Source: Candidatus Colwellbacteria bacterium (GTDB lineage Bacteria; Patescibacteriota; Minisyncoccia; UBA6257; Colwellbacteraceae). Taken from it: 41,038 nucleotides of DNA. Each line of letters opens with the position of its first letter. Position 1 is the stretch's first letter. Below the pieces are notes generated by a model. It had not been told where the DNA came from. It saw nothing but the letters and a program-made list of their open reading frames with translations, and made no database searches. Below are positions 28,682 through 38,233 of the stretch, piece after piece. The translations under genes were made by a program, and so were the position numbers. The DNA lies in contig JAUYKE010000002.1 in the NCBI GenBank assembly GCA_030700125.1, positions 1-41,038 on the forward strand, in the 5' to 3' direction.

Positions 28682-28701
28682 ACGCACCTAAATACGTAAA
28701 T

Positions 28702-30015
28702 CTATTTTGAAGTGAGGCGCTTGAGGGTGGGGTCGGCGATGGGACCTTTTAATCGTCGCTTAATGTCATTTTTATCTACAGCGTCTTTTAAGATGCTGAA
28801 AACCTCGTCAACGTTTTTGAGATATTTATTTACAATTGGTTTTTTGTGGGCGTAGGAAGTATAGACGGCGTTGGTGGTGATGAAGCCGCGCTCTAGCATC
28901 TCTTGGTTAAAGAGAGTGAGAAGCGCCTGGTTTTGGTTGCCGTACTGGAAGCTAAAGTGAGCCAAGGGCGGGATGCCAAAGGTTTTAATTTTCAAGCCGT
29001 GTTTTTTGGCGGACGTTTTCCAACCGCGGGTAATTGCTTTGCCGGTAGCCATTAGATGCTTAGGGACATTTTTCTCTCTGGTTTTTTTGAGAGTAGCAAT
29101 GGCGGCTGCCGGACCGATTCTTTCCGTCCAATAGGTGCTTGAGATAAAAGTATCTTGAGCTGAATCCATTATTTTCTTCTTTCCAACGACAACTGACATT
29201 GGATAGCCGTTGCCTAACCCTTTTCCGTAGAGGACAATGTCAGGAATAACGCCGTATTTAGCATGAGCTCCGCTGGGGTTCATTCTGAAACCCGAAGTAA
29301 TCTCGTCAAAAATTAAGACGGCGCCGGCTTTGTTGGCGATTTGCCGGACTTTTTGGAGGAAATTATTTTCTGGTTCATATTCCCGAACTGGCTCCATGAT
29401 AATGGTGCCGATTTTATGTTTTTTAACGACTGTTTTTAATTCATCAATCTTGTTGTAGTGGAAAGGGATAGCCGTTCCTTGAAGACCTCGGGGAACTCCC
29501 AAGGGTTTTAGTCCGGGAAGTAATTGACCATCAAGATTACTTTTCTTAGCGAGATTGGCAGCGAGATACCAGTCAGGCCAGCCGTGGTAGCCGCAGAAAG
29601 CAACCTTATCTTTTTTGGTGTAAGCGCGGGTGATGCGGACAGCAATTTGTGCCGCGTCGCTGCCGGTGCGGCCATAGCGCACCATGTGAGCCCAGGGGTG
29701 AAGCTTTAGTAATATTTCGGCAAGCTCCACTTCTTCCGGAGCGTTTAACGTACTCATCGAGCCGCTGTCTATAACTTTTTTAACTGCCCGGTTAACGTCC
29801 GGATCGGCGTAGCCTAAAATATTGGCGCCGATTCCCATGTATGAGAAGTCGAAATATTTATTACCGTCTAGGTCCCAGATCTCACAGCCCTTAGCTTTTT
29901 TAAAATAAGTGGGCCATTGGTCTGGTAAAAATCGCTCGGGACGCTTGGAAAGAAGACTGTTTCCGCCGGGAATAATTTTTTTGGCTTTATTCCAAAGTTT
30001 AATCCCTGAGTTCAT
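28702..30015 (-). CDS. Class III PLP aminotransferase (glutamate-1-semialdehyde aminomutase-like)
   Basis: IIPGGNSLLSKRP, WDLDGNKYFDF, IFDEITSGFR, YGKGLGNGYP. 437 aa. Glycan-cluster context rather than heme genes. Confidence 0.8.
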   Translation of the reverse strand: MNSGIKLWNKAKKIIPGGNSLLSKRPERFLPDQWPTYFKKAKGCEIWDLDGNKYFDFSYMGIGANILGYADPDVNRAVKKVIDSGSMSTLNAPEEVELAEILLKLHPWAHMVRYGRTGSDAAQIAVRITRAYTKKDKVAFCGYHGWPDWYLAANLAKKSNLDGQLLPGLKPLGVPRGLQGTAIPFHYNKIDELKTVVKKHKIGTIIMEPVREYEPENNFLQKVRQIANKAGAVLIFDEITSGFRMNPSGAHAKYGVIPDIVLYGKGLGNGYPMSVVVGKKKIMDSAQDTFISSTYWTERIGPAAAIATLKKTREKNVPKHLMATGKAITRGWKTSAKKHGLKIKTFGIPPLAHFSFQYGNQNQALLTLFNQEMLERGFITTNAVYTSYAHKKPIVNKYLKNVDEVFSILKDAVDKNDIKRRLKGPIADPTLKRLTSK

Positions 30016-30989
30016 GATTTTTGCTCCACTTGATTAAGTATTTTTAAGACCTTTATATCATCGTCAAGCGTGTTTGGAAATGGCGTCTTATCCTGGACCG
30101 CGTCAACGAACGCTTTTATTTCATCAACATACATCTCCTCAATAATATTCGGATTATAACCTTCGGCAGCTCGTCCTTCAGGCAGAGGAATTTCTTGCCA
30201 CTCCTTGACCCGTGCGTCGTAGAGCTTTACTACCTTGTCGTCCCAGCGCCAGAGAATTTGGGCTTCTTCTAAATTGAGAATTAAGCTCCTCGTGGCATAG
30301 CGAGCGGTGGTATCAACCATGAGACTGCCAAAAGATTGGTCGAGCTTGAGCGAGACAACGTAAGTATCATCAATATCAGCTCCTAAATCCATCGTTTTTC
30401 CGTAGAAACCAGTGACTGCTTTGGGTAAGCCAACAATATCGGTAAGCCAAGTGAGATCAAAGGAGACCATCTCTTTTACACCGCTCATCTCTTTTTTGCC
30501 GAAATAAGTGTCGCTAACTTTTTCCCAAGGATGCCAGTCAGGAAGATACTGTCCAATGTGATAGCTAAAATTCGTTACGTGGCCGTATTTGCCGCTCTTC
30601 ACGATGTCTTTGATAATTTTTATTGCTGGATAAAACCTAAGAGTGCAGGAGGGAGCGATAAGAACACCCACCTGTTTGGCCAGAGCATTTAGCTCCTCAA
30701 GTCCTTCTAGGATAACGCTTGCTTCCACAAAAACCGGTTTTTTATTGTCGATTGCAAAGCGAATCCACTCATTGTGTTTATCAGGAGGAGTAGAAATAAT
30801 GGTTGCGTCAATCTCTGACAGATTAACTTTACTTACGTCGTCAGCAGTTTTTATTCCGTATTTTTCTTCGGCTTCCTTCCGCTTTTCTTCTTGGAGCTCA
30901 ACGCCAACGATTTCACCGGCTTGGAGAGCTTGAAGATTGCGGATTCGCCGTTTTCCCATTGAGCCAAGACCGATTATTAAAAATTTCAT
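30012..30989 (-). CDS. Gfo/Idh/MocA-family NAD(P) oxidoreductase
   Basis: MKFLIIGLGSMGKRRIRNL Rossmann N-terminus, EASV (EKP-like) region, alpha/beta C-terminal domain. 4-nt overlaps on both sides. Confidence 0.75.
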   Translation of the reverse strand: MKFLIIGLGSMGKRRIRNLQALQAGEIVGVELQEEKRKEAEEKYGIKTADDVSKVNLSEIDATIISTPPDKHNEWIRFAIDNKKPVFVEASVILEGLEELNALAKQVGVLIAPSCTLRFYPAIKIIKDIVKSGKYGHVTNFSYHIGQYLPDWHPWEKVSDTYFGKKEMSGVKEMVSFDLTWLTDIVGLPKAVTGFYGKTMDLGADIDDTYVVSLKLDQSFGSLMVDTTARYATRSLILNLEEAQILWRWDDKVVKLYDARVKEWQEIPLPEGRAAEGYNPNIIEEMYVDEIKAFVDAVQDKTPFPNTLDDDIKVLKILNQVEQKS

Positions 30990-31699
30990 TTTTTAATGCC
31001 CTTCATGACTGCTTCTACACAGACGAGGTCAAAAATATCATCAACTTCGTAATTTTGCCATCGCTCGATTAGATAGGGCGTAATTCTTTTTGGGTAAAAA
31101 GTTTTTTGCTTTTTAAGCACACTGGTTTTACATAGATAGATCACGCCGTAGGGGAAGTAGACCTTAGGAAGCAGTTGTCGAATAATATTCTTCTCTTCCA
31201 TCAATGGTTTAATGAACCCTTTCTCGATTTTTTTCATAATGTAGGGACTTTCAATATGGACTTCGCCGACGCTCACTACTGCGTCGGTCTTATTGTAGTT
31301 TTTGAGCAAGATTTTGATGGCGTTATCAATGTCACCTTTCTTTCTTAAAGGAGAAGTCGGCTCAAGTAGTGCGATGGCGTCGTAAGATTCACCCCGTTTT
31401 TCAAGCTCTTTAATAGCATATAGGACCGAACCGATTATCGATGACCGGTCACCGGTTAGTTTTTTTGGCAGTTGAATGACCGATGCTTTGTATTTGAGGG
31501 CGACTCTAGTAATTTCCTCGCCGTCAGTGGCAACTACCACCTTATTTACCAGCTTTGCTTGTCTGGCAGTTTTGATTGAATAGGCAATAAGCGGCAGGCC
31601 GCCAACATCAACAATATTTTTTCCGGGTATGCCTTTTGAGCCGCCACGGGCGGGAATTAAGGCGAGGATTTTTTTCTTTGACTTAGAGGTGGATGACAT
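30986..31699 (-). CDS. neuA: CMP-nonulosonic acid synthetase (acylneuraminate cytidylyltransferase family)
   Basis: ILALIPARGGSKGIPGKNI, ATDGEEI, LEPTSPLR. I chose Met14 of the track ORF (31699); the track start at 31738 gives a longer overlap with the upstream gene. Confidence 0.8.
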   Translation of the reverse strand: MSSTSKSKKKILALIPARGGSKGIPGKNIVDVGGLPLIAYSIKTARQAKLVNKVVVATDGEEITRVALKYKASVIQLPKKLTGDRSSIIGSVLYAIKELEKRGESYDAIALLEPTSPLRKKGDIDNAIKILLKNYNKTDAVVSVGEVHIESPYIMKKIEKGFIKPLMEEKNIIRQLLPKVYFPYGVIYLCKTSVLKKQKTFYPKRITPYLIERWQNYEVDDIFDLVCVEAVMKGIKK

Positions 31700-32942
31700 T
31701 AGGCATTTTTTCTTTAATAGTGTGGCGGGTGTCCACAATCAGTTTGGCTGATTTAGTGACGGTTGAGTAGTCTAGGGTGGAATGGTCAGTCAGAATAAGG
31801 ATGCAGTCCGCGTTTTTTAAAAGCGGCTTTGATAAAGGGGCGGACTTAAATTGGTGGTTGCCGATTTTAATTTGAGGAACAAAAGGATCGTGGTAGCTAA
31901 CATCAGCTCCTTTGCGGAGGAGGTCTTTGATAATAGGAATGGCGGGGGATTCGCGGGCGTCATCAATATCTTTTTTGTAAGCTACACCTAAAACCAGAAT
32001 TTTTGAGCCGCGGAGGGATTTTTTTATACAGTTCAACGCCCAGATAACTTTGGTAACGACATGATGCGGCATTAACTCGTTTATCTCTCCGGCGAGTTCA
32101 ATGAACCGGGCAAAAAATCCATATTCCTTCGCTTTCCAGGAAAGATAAAAAGGGTCAACGCCAATACAGTGACCACCGATCCCCGGGCCGGGATAGAACG
32201 GCATATAGCCGTAAGGTTTCGTTTTAGCCGCTTCAATTGCCTCCCAAATATCAATGCCCATCTTATCGGCAAGCAGGTTCAATTCATTGATTGCCGAAAC
32301 ATTCACCAGGCGGAAAATATTTTCCAGGAGCTTGGTAAACTCCGCCGCCCGGGGAGAGGAAACCTTATGAACATTTTTGAGAAAAGTGAGGTAGAAAGTG
32401 GCGGCGAGATCGGTAGATTTTTTATCCATGCCGCCGACTACTTTTGGAATATCATTGAAAGGGAATTTGTTTCCCGGATCAATTCGTTCCGGCGCATAGG
32501 CGAGGTAAAAATCTTTGCCGGAGACTCGGCCGGGCTTTTCAAGAATTGGCTTTACTAGTTCTTCAGTTGTGCCCGGATAGGTAGTCGACTCAAGAATTAC
32601 AAGGGAATCTTTGGAGAGATATTTAGCGATATTTTTAGCGGCGGATTCAATAGCAGAAACGTCCGGAGCCTTATTTTTAGTAAGAGGAGTAGGAACAGCG
32701 ATTAGAATCACCTTACATTTTTTGATTTCTGTCCAGTTGGCGGTGGCAGTAAATCTCCTGGAATCGTGACTGCCGTTTAAGCGACGGACCCTTGCTTTAT
32801 CAATATCAATTCCTATTACCCTAATGCCTGCTTGCGTAAGAGCGAGAGTAGTGGGCATCCCTACATAGCCCAAGCCCACCACGCCGACAGTGACTCTCTT
32901 ATCCTTAATCGCCTTTTTCAACATCAGGTATTTAGAGCTCAT
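31683..32942 (-). CDS. UDP-sugar 6-dehydrogenase family (WbpA/WecC/Cap5O-like)
   Basis: VGVVGLGYVGMPTTLAL, PGPGIGGHCIGVDP (catalytic Cys), LVLGVAYKKDIDDARESPA. Confidence 0.85.
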   Translation of the reverse strand: MSSKYLMLKKAIKDKRVTVGVVGLGYVGMPTTLALTQAGIRVIGIDIDKARVRRLNGSHDSRRFTATANWTEIKKCKVILIAVPTPLTKNKAPDVSAIESAAKNIAKYLSKDSLVILESTTYPGTTEELVKPILEKPGRVSGKDFYLAYAPERIDPGNKFPFNDIPKVVGGMDKKSTDLAATFYLTFLKNVHKVSSPRAAEFTKLLENIFRLVNVSAINELNLLADKMGIDIWEAIEAAKTKPYGYMPFYPGPGIGGHCIGVDPFYLSWKAKEYGFFARFIELAGEINELMPHHVVTKVIWALNCIKKSLRGSKILVLGVAYKKDIDDARESPAIPIIKDLLRKGADVSYHDPFVPQIKIGNHQFKSAPLSKPLLKNADCILILTDHSTLDYSTVTKSAKLIVDTRHTIKEKMPNVIHL

Positions 32943-32969
32943 TACGCAACCACATTAATCATGTTTCTG

Positions 32970-34436
32970 TTAGCTGGCAAGGATAGATTTCAAATCACTA
33001 AAGAGCTTTTCCTTGAGGAGAATAAGGGTACCGAAATAGATAATGGCGGCTAGAATTATTATGAGAAGGACATGGAGACCAATTTGGATAAGCCCCGCGA
33101 CTGCTAACCCCATAAGAAGGGTGGCAATAATTATTTTTTTGAGATTTCCGATAACACTAAAATTATTGATTTGCTTCATCTTGAACCAGATGGAGACGCT
33201 TGTAATTACTTGGGTGCCTACGGTAGCGATGGCGCAACCGGCGATGCCCAATATGGGGATTAGGACGATGTCTAAGAGGGCATTGACCGTTACTCCAACT
33301 GCGCCGACTTTAACGAGGAATTTCTGCTTGTTGTAAGCAAAGATGCCGTTATTAAGCATGCTCATCGGGAACATGGTGATAAGGGTGAGGGCTAAAATCT
33401 TCATTGTCAGAGTTGCGGGCAAATATTCGGAGCCGTAAAGCAAGTTGACTATCTCTTCTCCGGTAAGAAGAAAGCCGACAGTGAGGGGAAGGGCGAAAAG
33501 AAGAACCGCCACGATACTTTTCTCGTTGAGGAGGCGAAAGCGATTGTGGTCTTTCCCGGCGAACCGCGCTAATGCCGGGAAGATGCTGGCGGCAATGAGG
33601 GAGGGGATGGCATAGAGAAGGGTGACCGGTTTCTGAGCAGCGGCGAAAAGTCCTACGTTCGTTGCGTCAGTGAGCCACCCTAGAAGGACAATGTCGGTGT
33701 TGATCATCACTACTCCCAAAATGGCGGCTAAACTCATTGGGATAGAGGCGTTAAGAATCGGTCTAATAAGAGCCTTTTCAAAACGGGCTATAAATTGCCG
33801 AATGTAGCTACGGACGAGGTATAAGGCAAGAATTAGTCCGACGGCGGATCCTATGGCATAAGCCAAAGCAAGGCTCTCCGGACTACGGAACTTGGCAAGC
33901 AGATAGAATCCAGCGCCGATTAGAACTATTTGAGTGACAATGCTGACCAAAGCTTCACCTTCCATCTTTTCTTGAGCCCGGAAAATAGCTGAGCCAACGA
34001 GGCCGCGAATCATATCAAAGACGAAAACCAGAGCAACGATGATGACTAGCGTTTGAGAGATCGGAATTTTAGTAATTAAGGGCGCGCCGAAGATGATGAT
34101 AACGGCGCTCGCTAAAGCCAAGAGAGAAGTTAGGCCAAGGGCGGTGGAAAAGTAGCGGGCCCGAAGCTGAGGATTTTTAGCTCCTTCACGGACAACGATT
34201 GGCGACATTCCTAAGTCAGAGAAAGCGGTAAGTAAACTAGCGAGGCCCATCACATAAGAGAAAGTGCCAAAACCGGCAACGCCAAGAACTCGAGCGGCGT
34301 AAATAATAATCGCCGCTTTAAGTAGCCGCCCCACGATTTCGCTAGAAGAGAGCCAGAATGTATTTTTAAGAATGGTTTGCCGCCCGGTGCGGTTTTCGCT
34401 TAGAAAATTTTTAATACGGGAAATTCTATTTGGCAT
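32970..34436 (-). CDS. MOP-superfamily oligosaccharide flippase (Wzx/PST type), copy 1
   Basis: About 12-14 TM helices. N-terminal KNTFWLSSSEIVGRLL..YAARVLG. Collinear paralog of 35093..36586. Confidence 0.8.
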   Translation of the reverse strand: MPNRISRIKNFLSENRTGRQTILKNTFWLSSSEIVGRLLKAAIIIYAARVLGVAGFGTFSYVMGLASLLTAFSDLGMSPIVVREGAKNPQLRARYFSTALGLTSLLALASAVIIIFGAPLITKIPISQTLVIIVALVFVFDMIRGLVGSAIFRAQEKMEGEALVSIVTQIVLIGAGFYLLAKFRSPESLALAYAIGSAVGLILALYLVRSYIRQFIARFEKALIRPILNASIPMSLAAILGVVMINTDIVLLGWLTDATNVGLFAAAQKPVTLLYAIPSLIAASIFPALARFAGKDHNRFRLLNEKSIVAVLLFALPLTVGFLLTGEEIVNLLYGSEYLPATLTMKILALTLITMFPMSMLNNGIFAYNKQKFLVKVGAVGVTVNALLDIVLIPILGIAGCAIATVGTQVITSVSIWFKMKQINNFSVIGNLKKIIIATLLMGLAVAGLIQIGLHVLLIIILAAIIYFGTLILLKEKLFSDLKSILAS

Positions 34437-35085
34437 ATTCTTCTTGCAACTCTTCTAGCGTCCGGCTCTGCTCTAGAGTATATTCTCCAACTCTTGTTCT
34501 AATAAGCGCTTGGAGATAGGCGCCGACGCCGAGGGCTTGACCTATATCTTCGGCTAAGCTGCGGATGTAAGTTCCGGCAGAAACAACCGCTCGGATTTTA
34601 ACTAGGGGGGGGATAAATTCCAAAAGTTCTAATTCTTTAATCACTATTTTTCTTGAAGTTAGGGCGGGGGTTATCCCTTGGCGGGCTAGCTTGTATGCCG
34701 GCACACCCTTTATCTTAACAGCCGAGTAAGCTGGCGGCCTTTGTTCAATCTCGCCGGTAAAATTTTTCAGGACTTTTTTAATTTTTTCATCAGTGAGAGA
34801 TTTTATTTCTTCATCACTTGCCATGTTTTTTATTTCCCCTTCGGGGTCGCCGGTGATACTCGTTTTACCCAGTTCAAGTGTGGCAAGATATTCTTTGTCC
34901 GTTCCTTTCAAAATCTGGTGAAGTTTTTTGGTTGATTCCCGGCCGATCCCAATTACAAGCACTCCTTCGGCAAATGGATCAAGCGTTCCGCCGTGGCCAA
35001 CGCGTGCCTCCCCGGTCAACCGACGGATATAATTGACCGCGTCATGGGAGGTGATTCCCGCTGGCTTGTGAAGATTTAATAACAT
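34426..35085 (-). CDS. truB: tRNA pseudouridine(55) synthase
   Basis: LLNLHKPAGITSHD, VGHGGTLDPFAEGVLVIGIG (catalytic Asp), PPAYSAVKIKG, SAGTYIRSLAEDIG. Start set to Met30 of the track ORF (35085), 7 nt after the upstream stop. Confidence 0.85.
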   Translation of the reverse strand: MLLNLHKPAGITSHDAVNYIRRLTGEARVGHGGTLDPFAEGVLVIGIGRESTKKLHQILKGTDKEYLATLELGKTSITGDPEGEIKNMASDEEIKSLTDEKIKKVLKNFTGEIEQRPPAYSAVKIKGVPAYKLARQGITPALTSRKIVIKELELLEFIPPLVKIRAVVSAGTYIRSLAEDIGQALGVGAYLQALIRTRVGEYTLEQSRTLEELQEEYAK

Positions 35086-35092
35086 AAATTGG

Positions 35093-36586
35093 TTATTTTT
35101 TTGCGCTTTGGTTGCGGAGGGTTTCTCTGATGCGGACGACGACATTCTCACCGCTCCAAAGCAAGCTGCCAAAGTAACTGATGATTGCGAGCGGCATCAC
35201 TAGAAGGAAAGGCAAGCCCAGCCCGTAGCGGCTTAAAATAATGACTATGCTCATCATAAAAGCGGCGACAAGAATCAGCCGTATTTCCTTGATGACGGAG
35301 AAGTCATTAATCTTCTTCATCTTCCGCCAGATTAAGGTGTTTATAATAAGCTGGGTAATGAATACCGCCCAGGCGGCGCCTATGATGCCCCAGCGAGGAA
35401 TAAGGAACAAACTTAATCCGATATTAATTAAAAGACCGATAGCCCAGAGGGGAACCAATTCGTTTTGCCGGTTATAGGCGAAGATGGCATTGATAATCAT
35501 GCCGACCGGGAAAACGGCGAGAAGAGTAAGGGCAAGAATTCTCAAAGGTGCGGCCGAAGAGATATATTCGCTCCCATAAAATAATTTAACAATCTCATCA
35601 GCCGTGAGAAAAATCCCGACAGTTACGGGAATAGCAAAAAGAAGGACTAAGCCCAGTCCTTTCTCTAAAACGTAGCGGAAGCGAACGTTATCTTTGTTTG
35701 CGAGACGTGCCAAAACTGGGAAGAAAGCGCCAGTCACAAGCGCTGGTAAAAGATAGAGGAAAGCAATCGGTTTTTGAGCGGCAGCGTAGAGGCCCACCTC
35801 CGCCGCTTCCCGGAACCAACCGATGATGACAGTATCGATGTTGACGATGAGCACTCCGAAGACAGCGGCTAAGCTAAGGGGCCAGGCGGCACTCAGAATT
35901 GGTTTAAGCAATTTCTTGTCGAAACTTGAAAAAAGATTTTTAATGTCTTGTCGGAGAATATACATAGTGACTAAGAGTCCTGCGCCGGCACCGATGGCGT
36001 AAGCCGCTGCCAGAGATTCTGGAGAAGTAATCATAAGGAGAGCAATGAATCCAGCAGCCACGATAATGGCTTGAGTAATGATGTTAACGAAGGCCTCTAG
36101 TTCCATCCGCTCCACCGCCCTAAAGAGAGAAGCGCCGAAGCGTCTTAAGGAGTCAAAGATAAAAAGAAAGCCGACTAAGTAAACTAGGGTTTGAGAAACT
36201 TGGATGTTCGTGATGCGGGGGGCAAGGAAAACAATGATAAGAAAACTTAAGACGGTGAGAATAAATTTAAATAGGAAAGCAGTGGAGAAATATTTGTCTT
36301 TGAGTTCCGGTCTTTTCGTTACCTCACGAATGACTACCGAGCTTAAGCCGACATCAGAAAAGACGGTGAGGATTGCTGCTAAGCTAGTGAGGTAGGAAAA
36401 AGCGCCCCAGCCGGCCGCCCCCAAGACGCGAGCAGCATAGACAACAATAAAAAGCCGAAGGATTCGGCCGGCTATCTCGCCAAAGGAAAGCCAAAAAGTA
36501 TTTTTGGTGACGGTCTGCCTAACGCCTTGATTCTCAAAGAGGAAGGCCTTCAATTGGCGCCAACGTGTGTGTTTGCTAGGCGGCAT
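35093..36586 (-). CDS. MOP-superfamily oligosaccharide flippase (Wzx/PST type), copy 2
   Basis: Same architecture and many identical blocks as copy 1 (KNTFWLSFGEIAGRIL..YAARVLG, YAAAQKP, FPVLARLA, LFYGSEY). Confidence 0.8.
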   Translation of the reverse strand: MPPSKHTRWRQLKAFLFENQGVRQTVTKNTFWLSFGEIAGRILRLFIVVYAARVLGAAGWGAFSYLTSLAAILTVFSDVGLSSVVIREVTKRPELKDKYFSTAFLFKFILTVLSFLIIVFLAPRITNIQVSQTLVYLVGFLFIFDSLRRFGASLFRAVERMELEAFVNIITQAIIVAAGFIALLMITSPESLAAAYAIGAGAGLLVTMYILRQDIKNLFSSFDKKLLKPILSAAWPLSLAAVFGVLIVNIDTVIIGWFREAAEVGLYAAAQKPIAFLYLLPALVTGAFFPVLARLANKDNVRFRYVLEKGLGLVLLFAIPVTVGIFLTADEIVKLFYGSEYISSAAPLRILALTLLAVFPVGMIINAIFAYNRQNELVPLWAIGLLINIGLSLFLIPRWGIIGAAWAVFITQLIINTLIWRKMKKINDFSVIKEIRLILVAAFMMSIVIILSRYGLGLPFLLVMPLAIISYFGSLLWSGENVVVRIRETLRNQSAKK

Positions 36587-36644
36587 AACAAAGTTATATT
36601 ATAATTAAGCGGCTCAAAATCCAAACTAATTCATTTTTTGATTC

Positions 36645-37019
36645 ATGAGAATGAAAACAGTAATGGTGCTTATTTTAGGGTTGCTCATTGCGACGGTTGT
36701 CGGAGCAGTAGCGGTGTTTTATCTGGGGGGAGGGTTTGACCTAAAAGGTGAAGAGCCATATTATGCAGTTCAGATGGAGAACGGCGACCTTTACTTCGGT
36801 AAAGTTTCTTATTTTCCTAAGTTCAGCTTGAGAGAGACCTACATCGTTCAGTCGGTGCAGGATCCGACCAGTCCTTTAGGCAGCAGCCTAAGAGTTGTTC
36901 CCCTGAATCAGGCTACAATTTGGTCGGCAAATAAAATAAACCTTAATAAAGATAAAGTGCTTTCAGTAAGTGAGGTCAATAAAGAAAGTCAGGTAATGAA
37001 ACTAATTTTAGGACAATGA
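36645..37019 (+). CDS. Small membrane-anchored hypothetical protein
   Basis: N-terminal TM helix (VMVLILGLLIATVVGAVAVFYL) and a soluble ~90-aa tail. 4-nt overlap with the DsbA-like gene. Confidence 0.5.
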   Translation: MRMKTVMVLILGLLIATVVGAVAVFYLGGGFDLKGEEPYYAVQMENGDLYFGKVSYFPKFSLRETYIVQSVQDPTSPLGSSLRVVPLNQATIWSANKINLNKDKVLSVSEVNKESQVMKLILGQ

Positions 37020-37738
37020 ATAAAACAGTAGATGCGATAAAGAAGGAAGGCAATTTTTTAGCAATTAGTATCCTAGTAGCGGCTCTTATTGTTGCCGGAA
37101 CTTTAATCTATGTTTTCGGTCCTGCGAGGGGCACTGGGGGGAATGAAGTTCCCGAAGGATCTGAAGCCGAGGCGGGTCAGCCGCCGGCCGTTGGCGATGA
37201 TTACGTTTTGGGAGATGCTAACGCGCCGGTGACGATTATTGAGTTCGGCGATTATCAATGCCCGTTTTGCGGCCGCTTTTTTAGCCAGACCGAGCCGCAG
37301 ATCAGAGAGAATTATGTTAAAACCGGCAAGGTAAAATTCGTTTATAAGGATTTGGTTATTATTGACGGGTTTGTTGCTGGCGGGCAGGAGTCAACTAACT
37401 CTGCCATGGCGGCTAACTGCGCTGGAGAGCAGGGGAAGTTCTGGGAATATCATGATTTCCTTTTTGAAACCGAGATTGCTGACGGTGAGGAGAATAGCGG
37501 CAACCTAAACAAAAACTTATTTGTGAACTTAGCTCGCAAGCTTGGGCTAAACGAGGCCAACTTCACTAGCTGTTTTGATTCGAAAAAATATCTGGCTGAA
37601 GTGGAGGGCGATACCGCAGAGGCGGAAGCGTCTTTGCCTCAACTTTCCACTCCCAGCACTTTCGTCAACGATAGATTGGTTTCCGGGGCAGTGCCTTATG
37701 AGCAGTTCGCCCCAATTATTGAAGAGGAATTGAAGTAG
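37016..37738 (+). CDS. Membrane-anchored DsbA-family thiol:disulfide oxidoreductase
   Basis: TM anchor, then a thioredoxin fold with FGDYQCPFCGRF (CPFC active site) and a C-terminal TPSTFVN cis-Pro region. Confidence 0.8.
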   Translation: MNKTVDAIKKEGNFLAISILVAALIVAGTLIYVFGPARGTGGNEVPEGSEAEAGQPPAVGDDYVLGDANAPVTIIEFGDYQCPFCGRFFSQTEPQIRENYVKTGKVKFVYKDLVIIDGFVAGGQESTNSAMAANCAGEQGKFWEYHDFLFETEIADGEENSGNLNKNLFVNLARKLGLNEANFTSCFDSKKYLAEVEGDTAEAEASLPQLSTPSTFVNDRLVSGAVPYEQFAPIIEEELK

Positions 37739-37777
37739 ATTAAAAAGGTCGAGAGCTAATTCGCTTTAATATTAAAC

Positions 37778-37927
37778 ATGAGTTGGGTTTACCTTATACT
37801 GGGTCTTTGGGTTGCCGCATCTCCCTGGCTCGTCGAGTCATTCGGATTTCCTTTGAACTTGAGCAACCTCGTCGTTGGGGCAGTGGTGGCTCTTCTAGCT
37901 CTTTGGGGCGCTTTTGGCCGCAAGTAA
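37778..37927 (+). CDS. 49-aa two-helix membrane peptide, SPW-repeat-like (not in the supplied ORF track)
   Basis: My own translation: MSWVYLILGLWVAASPWLVESFGFPLNLSNLVVGAVVALLALWGAFGRK. It has the GLW..SPW signature of SPW-repeat membrane proteins. The track ORF 37783..37980 is in another frame and looks non-protein-like. No clear SD. Confidence 0.5.
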   Translation: MSWVYLILGLWVAASPWLVESFGFPLNLSNLVVGAVVALLALWGAFGRK

Positions 37928-37967
37928 TTTTGATTTATTCGGCGGAAACGATTAGAATGTGGATTGT

Positions 37968-38210
37968 ATGGCCAAAGTAAAGATTTACAGCACGCCGAGT
38001 TGTGTCTATTGCAGGATGGCACGGGAATTTTTTGAGAAACACGGCGTGGAGTACGAAGATCATGATGTGGCGGCCAATGGAGAGGCCCTAAAAGAGATGA
38101 TTAATAAGTCGCATCAGATGGGAGTGCCGGTGATTGATATTGATGGCCAGATTTTTGTTGGTTTTAACCGATTGGGTTTAGAGAAAGTTTTAGGGATAAA
38201 GGTCGCCTGA
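37968..38210 (+). CDS. Glutaredoxin-like protein (NrdH/Grx family)
   Basis: KIYSTPSCVYCRMAREFF (CxxC), GVPVIDIDGQIFVGF. ~80 aa from Met4 of the track ORF. Confidence 0.8.
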   Translation: MAKVKIYSTPSCVYCRMAREFFEKHGVEYEDHDVAANGEALKEMINKSHQMGVPVIDIDGQIFVGFNRLGLEKVLGIKVA

Positions 38211-38233
38211 ATTAAGTTGATGAATCTTTAAAG

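Noticed and set aside
37783-37980. 65-aa plus-strand ORF in the track, and the antisense 77-aa ORF 37789..38022
   Set aside because: Their composition is Arg/Ser/Gly-rich and non-protein-like. A different frame (37778..37927) gives a clean two-helix membrane peptide, and the 3' part overlaps the glutaredoxin-like gene start.
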